Shown here: positions 36,101-47,217 of the stretch, piece after piece
How the letters are laid out: the number at the start of each line of letters is the position of its first letter
Numbering within the stretch: the first letter of the stretch is position 1
NCBI GenBank assembly: GCA_002633005.1
Contig: NMRA01000039.1
Coordinates: 365,225 to 429,224 of the forward strand
Direction: 5' to 3'
Source of the DNA: Phoronis australis
Lineage: Eukaryota > Animalia > Phoronida
DNA: 64,000 bases
The notes under the pieces: model-generated
Told to the model about the DNA's origin: nothing
Seen by the model: the letters and a program-made list of their open reading frames with translations, nothing else
Databases searched by the model: none
Made by a program: the position numbers and the translations under genes

Positions 36101-39100
36101 GCTAAAATCATAAAACTCAACGGATTTTTTTTTTCAACACCCAAATATAATCTCATAGAAATGTGGTTTCGGCCACAAAACCGGTAATGACCCTTTAAGG
36201 GAAACATCGTGCACTAAGTGTCTCCACGTGCAGTTCTACCTACGTGCCCAATCACATCTAGTTCTCTAGTCACGTGAACAGAGGAGTCATATTCCAAGAG
36301 TAGTGCGCATGCAACGTGCTTCGTGCGCATGCGTGTCTTCTGGGGTAGACCTGACAGCCCGGCGAATTAGCAATGGCAAATTTAAAATTTTGTTTCCTGT
36401 GTATTAGGTTCCAAAATAGTTTCGTCGTGTTTTTAGTAAAAATACTGTCACTGTCTACTCCATTTAGAATCAAACTGTTGGTCTTACTTGGGCAACGCGG
36501 GCAACATTGGTTCAAAGGTATATATGACTCCTCGACGGGGCATCCAGATAATGGTGGGCACTCTATTTTCTTGCAATGAACTTCGCCGTTATCGCACAAA
36601 CAAGTTTTACAATTGTTATCGGGTTGTGTAAATTCTTGTTTGTGGGCGTATTTCACACCATAATAGATGCAGTCTGTAATTGAAAAAATAAACAATGCTA
36701 ATTTTAGTCTGTTTGTCTCAAATTACTTTGAAGTATTCTTTATTGGCCTACTAAAATCCTAAGTTTAAATGAAAGTATGTAAGCTTACGTTTAGCTCAAG
36801 TGGAAAAATGGTAAGCTTTGGCACACATTATTATGTTTTGATTTCCCTCATAAGAATATCCATATGGTAAACGATAGGCTTACATCAATAGTTTATATAT
36901 TGGTACCAAGTCGTTTCTAATCCAAAAACGGTTTGTGATGGGAAAAGGTGCGTTTTATGTTGTACGTCTTTTCGTCAACCCATTCTATTTTCTAAATATA
37001 CTAGAACTTCCTGGTCGCTAGGCATCGCTTGCTGATGACAAAAAGTTCGAATTATGGACACATGTGGCCAGCATATACATTCATTGAGTTAAAGTTCAAT
37101 TATGGCATTGCGATGAAATCAATGGAATTGGCCCCATGTAAAAACGTGAGTCTTAAAGCTGACATGTATTTGTAGCCTATCAAATCAGCGATGAACGTCA
37201 AGTGCCTACGTCGTCATTGGAACAAGAACCGGAAGTCAATGAGTACTCTCAAGAAAACCAGTTGTCTGGTGTTGGTGTTATATGTGTTAATTGATCAACG
37301 CCAAGTTACGTAAAAATCTTATTTGAATTGAGAAGCGTCATATAGCGCGCCTCCTTATCGGGCCATGTAATCGAGAACACTTGTTCTGGTTTCTCATAAT
37401 AACTAACAGCTCAGTCATACATCACCAGGTTATTGTTACCACGTGAACAAGCAACATCGCGTGAGACCAGACAATTTAGAAATTTTGATTCCAAGCCAAG
37501 CTCGCGATTTCACAAACTGCAGCTTAATCAGTAACACTACTGGCGAACACGGCGCTCGTCTGCTTTATTAAAAAAGTCAAGCTTGCCATATTCAATTTCA
37601 ACCCGAGACCTTGTCATTAATTTCCGCCCAAATTGATAGTCTCCCGAGAAATTTCTGTGGATTTGCCCGACGGACGTCGCAGCAGGACTTCGTTAGCGAA
37701 ACTGGAGCTAGCCAACCACGAGCACCTGCCGCATTAACTTGTTTGACCCGTCAATTAAGGTAAAATTTAGTTACAGGAGGAAAAACTTTGCCGCACTTTT
37801 TATTTACAAGTGGGGCTAACGTCATTAGATATGGTTAAACGAAAGCGGAAACTGTACTAGTTAATATAATAACGTGCCAAAGTAAAAAACAAAAGTATGT
37901 CTGGCGATTCCCGCTATCAGTATTTCGCGTTTCTTTAATCTTATCCACTTCTTCAATGGCGGATAAATCATGACTCAAAGGGGGCCTCACTACAAATTTC
38001 GGAGGAAAATGTCCATCTAAGCGTTAAAACAAGCATGTCTACGGCGTTTTTGGTCGTGTCCGTAGGGTTCCGCCATCCCCCTCAACCCGTCTGTGTCCTT
38101 TGGTATGGGTCGCGGTAAAATAAAGCGTCTAGTAAGTTACCAGGGTATCTGCAAATTCAAACATTTACCAAAATGTTTTTTCCATTTTTTGGGTTAGGAT
38201 AAAATTCACCTCAATAGGTACGGTACATTGTTTTTGATGCTGTAGCCAAAATATTGACTTAGTGTATCTATGACCACGCCCATTCACAATACATAAGGTT
38301 GCTCTATCTATGTCCAGTCAAATAGGTTGCAGACTCCCAACGTTTCAATTTCTGTAGGAATATTCAAGCAACGGTTTTCAGCTTGTTCCTAACAACTTAC
38401 AATGTTGCTAAAATTTTCCAAGACCCGACAATGCTCGACTGCAAACACCACAAAATTCCGTAGCACTTTCTATAAGATTATTTTCTCAACTGGCCGTATA
38501 CTTCAGAAAACGTTTGAAGCTGAAAACTGAGGTCGGCATTTTCCCATGTTTTTGCAAATTGAAAAAACATGATCTCGCATTAAAAAGCAACTGAGACGTG
38601 TGCATCGCAGCTAAAGGAAATGTGTCTACTGCCTGTTTCAATGACCTCTGAACTCGTGCAATCGACAAGTTGGTACTTTTAATGGTGAATGACTTTTCTC
38701 TGAAATCGAAGGAGGTCGCCACTTTCCAGTGACTTAGGCTTACAGTACAGAAATTCTCTGCATAACGTGTTTTGGGAAAAATATAATTTCCGGTACTAAG
38801 CGTGTACTATCCCTCGTTTTTAGAAGACAATTACGTAGATTTTTTAAAAACCCGCAGTTAAACAAGAGAAGCTTCCAAAGGGATAACCTGTTGTCTATAA
38901 ATACCTGAGCAGTTATTAACTAGGACTCACGAAGCCTGACTTTGTCCACGAATAAGTGTTCTACCTTGGTAGTCATTTGAGTAGAATGGTTGTAACATCG
39001 CCAAGATGGTCATTTTTCCAGCAAAGAACACGGAGTTAGCTATTAGAATGTCAGTATGTCCAACGCTGAGCAGTATAAAAGTTTTGAAAATTGAAAATTT

Positions 39101-40564
39101 TCCCTTAAATTCAGACGAGCAGAATGTTGGCCCGTATGCTGGTATGGCAAACACTGACTTCCCGTTATTATTGTTCACAGCAAAAAGTGCTGCTCACGTC
39201 ACAATCGGCACCATAAATCGCACCATGTCACCATTTTATCGGCATTTTATGCCTATGTCTACCATTGGTGCAAAGCCCAGTCACTTTTTGTGAAATGAAC
39301 ACCACTTTACGCTAATCTCTGTCTGAGCGTTAATGGACATCGAAATCAGAAGAGACACTGACGGTGGCCTGAACGCCATCTGGTCGGTGAAAACCTAAAT
39401 ATTTCGTTTCGGGTGACTTGTTTAAGCAAATTTCATTCCAGCAGGCATCGAGGTCAGCCAGTCAATGGAGCTTGTCGAAAGTTAGGCGAATCGCGGTTCG
39501 CGTCCTTTTGTGGGCTCGACGACCGCACTTGACCGCTTTGTGAAAGACATTACAAACACATACAATATCACAATTTCTGTAAAACTAAAACCGTTATTCC
39601 ATACTTTCATTTGAACTTTGTCACGTTGTCTTCTTTACTTAAAGGTAAATAAATTAAGTAAAAAAGATGCAAGAGGCATTCCAAAAGAATTGAGTTGGTC
39701 AATGCAGCGTTACATTTCTTTTTTCTAAATGCATTTTCCAGGCCACTTTAGTCTAATGTTTAGGTTAACTCGGTGTCCAAATAGGAAACAAGAGGGGAAT
39801 GAAGAAAAGAAAAATGGGAAACGATAAAGTAGGTCAATGTCAACAAACTGTCAGTCGCGTTGCTTTTTGGTTAAGCTTCAGTAGAAACTTTAGTGAAAAG
39901 TCGTTCTATCGCATTGGATACAAGTTTTGGGTGTAATTTTTCTCGTGCGAGAGTTCCTTTCCAGACATTGGATTATAGACAAGAGATGCTTTCTGTGTGG
40001 AGACAGCAAGTCATAAATTTTTGGGGATCTAAAATATTAACACTGAGTTGTCGAATATGAACATGTCTTAAATAATAAAATATATAAGAATGCGAATGAT
40101 TGATAACGCTGACGAGTGAAGAAACAGCATCTCAATAAGTTAAATTGAAATGACGACCCAAAATGCCTCGTTTTGAAAGTTGAAAAAAAACATTTCCTAC
40201 AGTCCGTATTTATGACAGTCTCGCTGTGGTATCGGTCATCCGCCATGACAGGTGTTGTCCGCCATTGATCTCCCACGCACCATCTGCGTAATGAGAGACG
40301 GGACTATTTTCCTACGCGCAAGCACACCATTACCCAGATGTGTGTTTCGGCCACGTTTAGGTCTCCACCTTTTTCTAACTTTCCAGCTGGATTTTAATTT
40401 AGAACCATAAACGACCCTCTTATGTCGCCTATCATAATTGTTTATTTAAAAACAATAATATGTAAAACCATACCTTTTTGTCCTCCTAGCTGAGGAGCTG
40501 CTATTGTGAGCTGTATAAAAAGAACAAGTTGACATAGCGTCAACGATTTTTTCCAACTATCCAT
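12028..40564 (-). CDS. Clade-A fibrillar procollagen alpha chain (COL1A1/COL2A1-like); 37 coding exons, 34 per predicted isoform, about 1453 aa
   Basis: All exons have GT-AG boundaries and consistent phase. Order: signal peptide, vWC, minor helix, N-telopeptide, uninterrupted Gly-X-Y major helix (337-338 triplets with one exon from each twin pair), C-telopeptide, COLFI ending IGEVCFYS*. Helix exon boundaries largely line up with the COL1A1 54/45/99/108/162 pattern. Confidence 0.97.
12471..12692 (-). CDS. Collagen exon 33 (COLFI)
   Basis: [32 protein letters not shown]...DDDCR. Confidence 0.96.
13170..13348 (-). CDS. Collagen exon 32 (COLFI)
   Basis: [27 protein letters not shown]...GGFV. 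Confidence 0.95.
13760..13925 (-). CDS. Collagen exon 31 (BMP1-type G/DD site, COLFI start)
   Basis: GDDPNAY...[25 protein letters not shown]. Confidence 0.93.
14283..14426 (-). CDS. Collagen exon 30 (helix end and C-telopeptide)
   Basis: [48 protein letters not shown]. Confidence 0.95.
14895..14966 (-). CDS. Collagen exon 29 (72 nt)
   Basis: [24 protein letters not shown]. Confidence 0.93.
15288..15449 (-). CDS. Collagen exon 28 (162 nt)
   Basis: [30 protein letters not shown]...GPPGAR. Confidence 0.95.
15559..16305. mobile_element. Hairpin-bearing non-autonomous DNA element (possibly Crypton-like)
   Basis: 136-bp imperfect palindrome 15559-15694, then 15-bp inverted repeat gcatttatcccatac (15694-15708 / 16291-16305); family is inference. 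Confidence 0.55.
16145..17077. repeat. 466-bp direct duplication around a single N (probable assembly artefact)
   Basis: 16145-16610 and 16612-17077 differ at about 3 positions; N at 16611. Confidence 0.9.
17077..17292 (-). CDS. Collagen exon 27 (216 nt)
   Basis: GPPGKD...GPRGAP, 24 triplets. Confidence 0.95.
17783..17890 (-). CDS. Collagen exon 26 (108 nt)
   Basis: GEDGPS...GEPGAP. Confidence 0.95.
18275..18382 (-). CDS. Collagen exon 25 (108 nt)
   Basis: GLTGPQ...GPEGDR. Confidence 0.95.
19384..19653 (-). CDS. Collagen exon 24 (270 nt)
   Basis: GKEGVQ...GADGAP, 30 triplets. Confidence 0.95.
19927..20034 (-). CDS. Collagen exon 23 (108 nt)
   Basis: GVAGPPGPK...GPIGET. Confidence 0.95.
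20432..20593 (-). CDS. Collagen exon 22b (162 nt, predicted mutually exclusive)
   Basis: [54 protein letters not shown]; ends in the same GGTGAAAGG as 22a; TACTAAC branch site at 20639-20645. Confidence 0.9.
21085..21246 (-). CDS. Collagen exon 22a (162 nt, predicted mutually exclusive)
   Basis: [54 protein letters not shown]. Confidence 0.92.
21535..21588 (-). CDS. Collagen exon 21 (54 nt)
   Basis: [18 protein letters not shown]. Confidence 0.95.
21764..21817 (-). CDS. Collagen exon 20 (54 nt)
   Basis: [18 protein letters not shown]. Confidence 0.95.
22369..22521 (-). CDS. Collagen exon 19 (153 nt)
   Basis: GDPGLPGER...GDQGLV. Confidence 0.95.
22935..23087 (-). CDS. Collagen exon 18 (153 nt)
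   Basis: GFPGER...GFQGLP...GEQGPR. Confidence 0.95.
24222..24428 (-). CDS. Collagen exon 17 (207 nt)
   Basis: GPPGTD...GDPGQQ, 23 triplets. Confidence 0.95.
25060..25113 (-). CDS. Collagen exon 16 (54 nt)
   Basis: [18 protein letters not shown]. Confidence 0.95.
25374..25418 (-). CDS. Collagen exon 15 (45 nt)
   Basis: [15 protein letters not shown]. Confidence 0.93.
26098..26205 (-). CDS. Collagen exon 14b (108 nt, predicted mutually exclusive)
   Basis: [36 protein letters not shown]; TAG/GTAGGT; same register as 14a (G-x-R-G-[HYF]-P-G-x-D-G-E). Confidence 0.9.
27101..27208 (-). CDS. Collagen exon 14a (108 nt, predicted mutually exclusive)
   Basis: [36 protein letters not shown]; weak donor GTATAA. 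Confidence 0.92.
27564..27617 (-). CDS. Collagen exon 13 (54 nt)
   Basis: [18 protein letters not shown]. Confidence 0.95.
28033..28284 (-). CDS. Collagen exon 12 (252 nt)
   Basis: GSPGRD...GEPGTR, 28 triplets. Confidence 0.95.
28319..28381. repeat. 21-bp minisatellite x3
   Basis: gttggtatttctcgttcatct repeated three times exactly. Confidence 0.95.
28497..28694 (-). CDS. Collagen exon 11 (198 nt)
   Basis: GQRGVN...GIPGIS, 22 triplets. Confidence 0.95.
29158..29211 (-). CDS. Collagen exon 10b (54 nt, predicted mutually exclusive)
   Basis: [18 protein letters not shown]; AAG acceptor, GTAAGT donor; 63 nt from 10a; surplus to the canonical helix. Confidence 0.85.
29275..29328 (-). CDS. Collagen exon 10a (54 nt, predicted mutually exclusive)
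   Basis: [18 protein letters not shown]; aligns with COL1A1 GPRGLPGERGRPGAPGPA. Confidence 0.93.
31088..31186 (-). CDS. Collagen exon 9 (99 nt)
   Basis: GLNGPP...GPPGQQ. Confidence 0.95.
31639..31746 (-). CDS. Collagen exon 8 (108 nt, KGHR cross-link site)
   Basis: GEQGRD...GLPGPKGHR. Confidence 0.95.
32237..32389 (-). CDS. Collagen exon 7 (major helix start, 153 nt)
   Basis: GPAGPRGSS...GTPGKD, 17 triplets. Confidence 0.95.
32916..33065 (-). CDS. Collagen exon 6 (minor helix end and N-telopeptide)
   Basis: [50 protein letters not shown]; A-Q N-proteinase-like site, telopeptide Lys. Confidence 0.93.
33638..33895 (-). mobile_element. MITE, same family as 6914-7177
   Basis: TIR catacgcccacc / ggtgcgctcatg; flanks ATGTG/GTGTG; shared gggggctcga motifs. 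Confidence 0.7.
35016..35069 (-). CDS. Collagen exon 5 (minor helix, 54 nt)
   Basis: [18 protein letters not shown]; AG/GTAAGT. Confidence 0.93.
35459..35506 (-). CDS. Collagen exon 4
   Basis: [16 protein letters not shown], 48 nt; good acceptor, weak donor GTTTGA. Confidence 0.7.
35740..35762 (-). CDS. Collagen exon 3 (23-nt microexon)
   Basis: tttcag|AT GAC CCA GCA GAC GCG GCG GCT|gtaagt; converts phase 1 to phase 0 as required. Confidence 0.75.
35883..36194. mobile_element. Kolobok-like MITE
   Basis: agggacatgatcgg / ccggtaatgaccct followed by TTAA; interior resembles 23945-24070. Confidence 0.5.
36488..36673 (-). CDS. Collagen exon 2 (vWC domain)
   Basis: DCIYYG...[25 protein letters not shown]...QCCPRCP, 10-Cys vWC pattern; AG/GTAAGA. 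Confidence 0.95.
40474..40564 (-). CDS. Collagen exon 1 (signal peptide)
   Basis: [30 protein letters not shown]+G, donor GTATGG, phase 1 matches exon 2; TATA and CCAAT upstream. Confidence 0.85.
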
Positions 40565-40607
40565 ATTGTCCAGTTCTATCGCATAGCCTGTGCGGACAGT
40601 CTTTAGA
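40552..40607 (-). promoter_or_regulatory. 5' stem-loop enclosing the start codon, with mini-uORF (AUG CGA UAG)
   Basis: Nested pairings UCUAA/UUGGA, UGUCC/GGACA and GCA/UGC; uORF at 40584-40576. Confidence 0.45.
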
Positions 40608-40770
40608 GAGAGAGATGCGAGCAGAACACGACCCTTCCTGACGAGCCTTGGCCGATGGACTCTGTGCTACCGCGCGCTAAGCCAGCAACACCAGAATATC
40701 CAAACAGCTCGATAGTTGTAGCACAACTCTCGCGTATGAGAAATAATATGGCTAAGGCTGCGGATGAAAT

Positions 40771-40819
40771 GACCGCCCCTTGCTTTATAAACGGCGCTAA
40801 GCCACGCCTCGCGACCAAT
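40771..40819 (-). promoter_or_regulatory. Collagen core promoter: TATAAA, inverted CCAAT, GC-box-like site
   Basis: TATAAA on minus strand at 40784-40789, about 220 nt upstream of the ATG; CCAAT on plus strand at 40815-40819; GGGGCGGTC at 40771-40779. Confidence 0.65.
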
Positions 40820-42219
40820 CAAGAGAGCGCGCGTGTAATCAAATCCTGATGGGGCACGGCGAAACTTTTGAAGGCCGGACTACTCCAAATGATTGAAAAC
40901 ATTGAGCGATGTCGATGAAATTTTATCCCCGGCAGTGAAATTACCACCAAATGTTTTTTAAGCCTCTCAGGTCAAACCCCAGACGGACCAACCTCTGGTA
41001 TGAATTTGATGGAAACAACAGACTAACAAACGGTCCAAAACGACTTTATTGCGCTAATTTCAAACAGCCGAGAGAAATTCCTTGTGACACGTTGGGCCAC
41101 GGTTAGTCGAAAATGTGGTATATATGTCGGCGTGACCGCATACTGATATTTGGGTAGACCGGCGGTTCCCACACCGTTTAAACTTTTAGCATGCGTCTAC
41201 CAGTCTTAAGAAAATAACAAAAGCAGAATTCTTAAATTATTCTCTTTAGGTGAAAATTGCCATCTTCAGGGTCAAATTACTGATCGTCAACTGGTGTCTG
41301 CGGCTGCCGATTTAATAGTATAAAAGTGTATTGCAGTGCAACATTTTACATTTTCATTAACGATAGTTCGGTGGATCTCTCCGTTTGCTGTGAAGTTAAT
41401 TCGGTATTCATAATCTCTTTCGCTTTATTAGAAATGCACCATGATTAATTATCATTTATTCAAAAATATTTCCAGTCAACCGGAAATTACAATTCTTCCA
41501 TATCCGAATTCCTGAAGACACCCGTTTAACTATTTCATTTTATTTGCGGTTTCCAACTTCATCGGCCACATCACACATAGATGTCTGATATTTCCTTTTT
41601 GTTTCGTTACCAAAAAAGCTTTCTCCTCATAATTTACTGATCTATGTCCTCCTCTAACAGTAAGTCAAAGTGCATTTTGATATTTTATCACAAAACCAAA
41701 GATGAATATAGTTTAGTTTGTAAACTACACTTCTCCTCGGTGAATTTAGTTTTATTTGTAAACCAAGAAAACTAGGTTGACATAACGGAAAACACTTATT
41801 AATGTATGGAGCGTTGCTTCACTTAAAACTGTATAGTTGTCAGATGGACTTGGAGTTTGCAAGTTCAATATAAAGTATGATAGAATAGCAGGCACTTGCA
41901 CATGAGTGCCGGTACAGCCTGAATTGGTGGAGCTTGGGGCTCTGAGTATGTACATTAGTCACATAGGAGCTCACACCCGGGTTTTCCATTCAACACTCCG
42001 ACGTCTCCATTACATGGTAATGGATACTGTCCACGATGACCAACTAATGGTACAAAGGGTGTCTTGTTCTTCAGACTGAATATTGAAAACGAGTTCTCTC
42101 CGGTTACTTTATGATAACAAATGCTTTCAGGTGGTGCTAGGACCTCAAACGAGATATTTTACCGTGGCCAAAATTTAATATTTTCTTTGCGTCGTGCGGT
42201 ATAGGTTGCGTGTAAAGTG

Positions 42220-42488
42220 AGGCAAATGCACACGATGCAGAATGTCGTCGACAAAAGATCGTTTAGTGTTCACTGGTTCACTGCAGCTCAACGATAACAT
42301 CGATGTGCTTTATGTCCACTGGTTCCCAATCAAAATAGTTACAAGCATTATTTTGATAATTTTCGCGAAGCCGCTCGCAAACACCTCGGTTACGAAGAAA
42401 TTTTTCTTTGCGCGTTGGTTTAGTTACCACGACAATTTGTCGCCGATAGGGATTTCCCCTACAAAAATTGCATCGTGTGCGTTTGCCT
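42220..42488. mobile_element. Harbinger-like MITE
   Basis: TIR aggcaaatgcacacgatgca / tgcatcgtgtgcgtttgcct; a related end at 43141-43175. Confidence 0.55.
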
Positions 42489-44409
42489 TTAAAGATAAAG
42501 ATAAATAAAATGCAATTATGCTATTTAAGAACACGATAGATTTTTCATCGCCGACAATATCGCCTTTCAAACTTCGTTTCGTGTTTGTTGGTTAACCACA
42601 ACTCACGCCGTGCTGTAGTGGGGCGTAGGCGCACGTATAGGCGCAGCCAATCACCTTTTGGCATTTTAGCATAGCGCCTACGCACCATAAGTTACGTTTA
42701 GTGCTCAAGGTGATACGGTGGGTTCTGGGCGCCTACTTGCCTCTAATTTTACCACTACAGCACCGAACTCACGAAAAAATCGCAAGTTGTCAAGGAATAT
42801 AAATATGCTAGTTAGATGCAAATTTCGTTCATTTCCGTGTGACGTTTTACATCGTACGAATATTGTAAAATATAAGCGCGCAGATATCAGACATGTTTGA
42901 CGAATGACGTCTTGCCTCGCCTTACCGTGTCGTATATGATGTGTTTGGTGCCGATTTTTTGTCGTGACTGAGGTCAATTTCAACAATGTGCACTACACCG
43001 TGTATATAGTTCCTAACCCTAGAAGTCGATTACTTTGTTGTCTGCACATGACACCCTCTGCTTTGGTATCGACAAAAATCGTATCGTGTGCTCTGGCTTA
43101 GTGGACACGACAACTTGTCGCCGATAAAAAATCGTGAAATTTCCCGACAAAAATCGCATCGTGTGCGTCGGCCTTCAGATAATCAACAATTTGCCACCGA
43201 CAGGTTGTATATGCCTACAGCTCGACGTCTTATATTTTTAATGTAAATAACCCCACTTGTTTTGTCAGCATGTTCCCCAACTCATAACAATGTTCTATTT
43301 GCGGTGACTACAAACATGTTACGCTATTAAACGAATGGCAGACCTCTTCTAAAATTTCCGGGTCAGTATAAAAATCCCGAAATGTGACAACGTATGGATC
43401 ATGACAACTTATAGGCGCAAAAAACCGCGCCTTTTATCAAAACCAACATTTGATATAGTTGACAAAAGTGTAATGAACCAATATCATAATGTTTCCGGCT
43501 CAGTTCTAGGCTTGAAATGAACCGATAGGTCGCAATGGCTTCATTGATTGTCGCTGCGGGTTCTGTGTGGTTACCAAAGCGGTATGGCCATCAAACGAAT
43601 TGATTCCTGGCAATTTCTTTTCAGCAGTTTCAACAAAGCATACGAACAGGACGATGTTGCTGTAATAGAACGAATACTACTGTGAGCAAAATTTGAATCA
43701 CTTCGGAATATCTATATCAAAAACGACTGGTCAGATTCAAATGAAACTTTTAGATGCAGTGAATTATTCGCTGGAAAATTTTTCTGAGATATTATGAGAG
43801 TGAAACTTGTGTTATCCTCACAAAGTGATTGATTTTGAAATGTAATGATTTTAACAATAAAAAGGAAAAATGCTAAAAGTAAATCATAAACTCACGCGAA
43901 TAATTACTGCAAGGTATTGCCATTATCACCTATGGGTGAAATTTAGGTAAATGCAGGGGAATTTTGAGTATTAGCCAAGATTTTGCCTGTCAGACATTCG
44001 CACCCCCGAACTGCCGAATGGAATCTGGGAGAATTTTAGGGGAGCCATGGCCCCCTTCTAAATCCACCACTGAAATGCGCCTATGTGTGAAACATACTTA
44101 GATCGTATTGTTTCGGATGCAAAAGCATGGGTCTAACTTCGTGAATACTATTAGATAGCAAATAGTAAAACTAGCAAAACTAAAATGACGAGCGTCGGTA
44201 CTAAAATATATTAAAATATCCCCACGTATCGAGGGATGCTCTTTTTCTCAAGGGTGTGCTATAGACTGCTGAATACATGTGGATAGATCTAAAATAAAAC
44301 GGCACAGGGGATCACATAGTGACATACAATAAACGTGAACAATATGAACACAACAGGACATAACAACTACCAGTGGGGTAGGCCTAGGTGTAGGCCTGCG
44401 TTTGACAAC

Positions 44410-44414
44410 AGAGA

Positions 44415-44459
<45 letters not shown>
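44410..44459. repeat. (AG)n microsatellite
   Basis: About 25 AG units with one interruption. Confidence 0.95.
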
Positions 44460-44460
<1 letters not shown>

Positions 44461-45639
44461 CCCAAACAGAGACATACGCAGATTAGATAGCGTTCGCGCG
44501 GGACGAACTCGATATGCAACGTTCACGTGAACAGCTTGCTTTTCAAGACGGTACCGCGTCTCCTTGTGTATGTTGAACTAACCATTGAACCTAAACTGCT
44601 TATTGTGCGTGAGTAGTATGCAAAGTGGAAACATAATGGCTATTTGGTTTGTCTGAACAGATAGTTGTAGTTCTGAAATGAGGCGAGTCAAAGCGGTCAG
44701 TTTTCATTGTGGGCCTAATATATTAGGAGTGGAGCTCATGAGCGTCGTTCTAAAATGTTTCAAAATTGTTTTTCCTTAGTTTGAATTTTAGATATCTGCC
44801 CTGCTGCGGCGTCATTTGCACTTAGTCTAGAAACTCGGTGTATTTAGGGCTGTGACTGGACACGTTCAAAATTGTGTTGAATATCTGTCCCTAATTAAGC
44901 AGAACAAGACTCAATTCCTGAATACCTAAAATTGCTTGCGATCTGAAGCTCGGTTGCCTGGAGATCTCTGGCCACCAAGTGTTCCACAAACACATATATT
45001 ACGAATTTTCTATTTTCCTTGTGTAACCTGGTCTGGTTGGTTCGTCATTTCTAGGTTACTGGGGTTTGCAAATCTTGCTAAAGGAGGGGAAATTGGACGG
45101 GATTGTCAGTGTGTGGTTCTTGACTAGACACTGTGAAATTCATGTAATTGCAGCAGAAAATGCGGACTTCGTTACCTTTCACTGTCCCACGATCTGTGTC
45201 TTACTGACTCGTTTTTTAAGTTCCACATGTGTTTTGTGAACAACTGCGTGACCGGGGATTGTGGCACAATTTTGCTCTACTCCATGAAGTACACGAGGCG
45301 TCACCGCCGACCAAGTGTGTTTTTTGGCTTTGCTTTGTACGTTTGCTTAGTTTAACCGGTTCCCAAGAGATGGCGGAATAATGCAGTGCTTTTCTCTGTA
45401 ACGTTCTTGACGGACACCGTTGGTAGACATGTGTCGGTGTGTATCAACGTTGGTCGAACCCAGACTCGGCTTCTGGTTGTTTATTGGTCAGTCAAGTGTA
45501 TGATCAAACGTACAGGACGAACGTCAGCATATCAAGCGTCATCTAAATCTACTGAAGATGAAATGCATGTTTTAGAGTCAACAATCGGCTGATAAACGCT
45601 GTGATGTCCACTGCTCTGCTCATTCGAGCTATCAATAAA

Positions 45640-46421
45640 GGAACAACATGCAACAAAAGTTTCTGAGAAATAATTTACTAAACATGTGTCTCAGAAAATC
45701 ACTGAAGATGTGAGATTTACGTTTAGGAGACAAACACAAATTTTAAGACACGGCATACAAACCATATCGAAGCTTAGTGTGGAAAAAATGGCTCAGATTG
45801 ATAATTCGATGACACTGGTTCTTTTGAATTTGAAATAGAAAACATTCTAAGACGCAGTATATGTCAATGGGTGATTGGAATACCGAGTGGGCGTCTTTTA
45901 AAGTGGTATGGAACGCGAAATCTCTTTTTACGAGTTTTCGCGTTTCATGTCACTTTAAAACGGCTATTAATTCCGTTTCGATCAATCATTCTGTAGTGGG
46001 TACAATCAAATCAACACTTCAGTTCTTAGAGTGGTTGGCCAACCCTAAAGCTGCCGAAAATGGCGCATGTACGCAATGTCTGTGACTTGAAATGCCGGCT
46101 CATTTGGCAACAGTTCATGATTGGATGAGCGCTTTAAATATAACCCCGAATGTACTTCGGTTAAGAAATGAGAGTTATTATGTCGATGAAATGCTCCCTC
46201 AAGCACGTGCACATTCACGTGTACATGAGTATGAAGCCGCGCCTATGCTTACGCCTGTTTTGCAAAACGCTTTAGTAAACCTAGGGAGCAAAATTTTGAG
46301 ACAGCGAGTGAAGGTTGACCGTTGGAAAACGGTGGATATTGGTTTGCTTCTAATTAAAGATCACGTAGTTAATTGGAAAGAAGAGCGAAAACGCAAACGC
46401 CATACAAAACATCGCTATTAA
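45640..46421 (+). mobile_element. Tx1/L1-like LINE ORF2 3' fragment
   Basis: W..FKVVW...CHFK...LEW...CTQCL*LE..HL...W...LVNLGSKILRQR resembles the zf-RVT/C-terminal region; contains stops. Confidence 0.5.
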
Positions 46422-46979
46422 AAATGTAGTGAATGCATCTGAAATATCGTGTGTTTATGTTGTTATTATCTTGTATCTAGTCAATTATTCAGAGTCTAAG
46501 TATAAGTAGTAATTACTGGCGTACATTCTCTACGAAGGGGTTTGCATCAGTGCTGCACATTTAGTACAAACTAACACCGCTTAGACGACGTCCGTAAAAT
46601 TAACTTCGTGATTCACACTCGTATACGCTAGTGAAGTGCGCTCGTAATTTGCGACCAGTCTGAACGCTCGAAAAACAGGGGAGTGAAAAGTGTCTTGCGA
46701 GCGGAAATTACGTACGGTGACACTTTCTCCCCAAGGGCAGACGTTACTTATTGAGGTGCTTCCATTGCCGAGCGTAATCATCATGTTTTATTAAAATGCA
46801 CGAAATGGCTATCATTGTTGGGATGACCACCCCAAACCTTGTTGAGAGGATCAGCCTTCCTTGCTATTATACTTCATATTACGTCATTTTAATACGAATC
46901 ACAAGTCAGAAGAGATTCGATTCGCCTTGTCTGTCCAAGGTCAAGATGTACAGTACATCTTTGGAGAATTGCTGAACAT

Positions 46980-47217
46980 ATCAGTTGGTGCAAGCCCAAT
47001 CTCAATAGGCAACTGACACACAGGTTGTCATTGTTGGTATAGTTCATTGTCACTCCCTGTAACTGACTGTATCTGTGCTTCATTACTTGTTGCTGGGCCT
47101 AGCTAGGTGGCCACTGTATTATGACTTCTGAGGATGGTGTTTAATAAATGACACCGAAACATGTCAAGTTTTAAATCCGTTGTTGTTTTCGTGAACATAT
47201 GCTGTTACTTGCTATCA
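46980..47217 (+). mobile_element. 5'-truncated Penelope-like retroelement
   Basis: 18-bp direct repeat tggagaattgctgaacat at 46962-46979 and 47218-47235; GIY-YIG C-terminus ISWCKPNLNRQLTHRLSLLV*; hammerhead downstream. Confidence 0.85.
47123..47170 (+). ncRNA. Minimal type I hammerhead ribozyme
   Basis: Stem I GACUU/AAGUU, CUGAGGA, stem II GGUGU/ACACC, GAAA, C-AU-G, GUC cleavage triplet (C47165). Confidence 0.8.
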
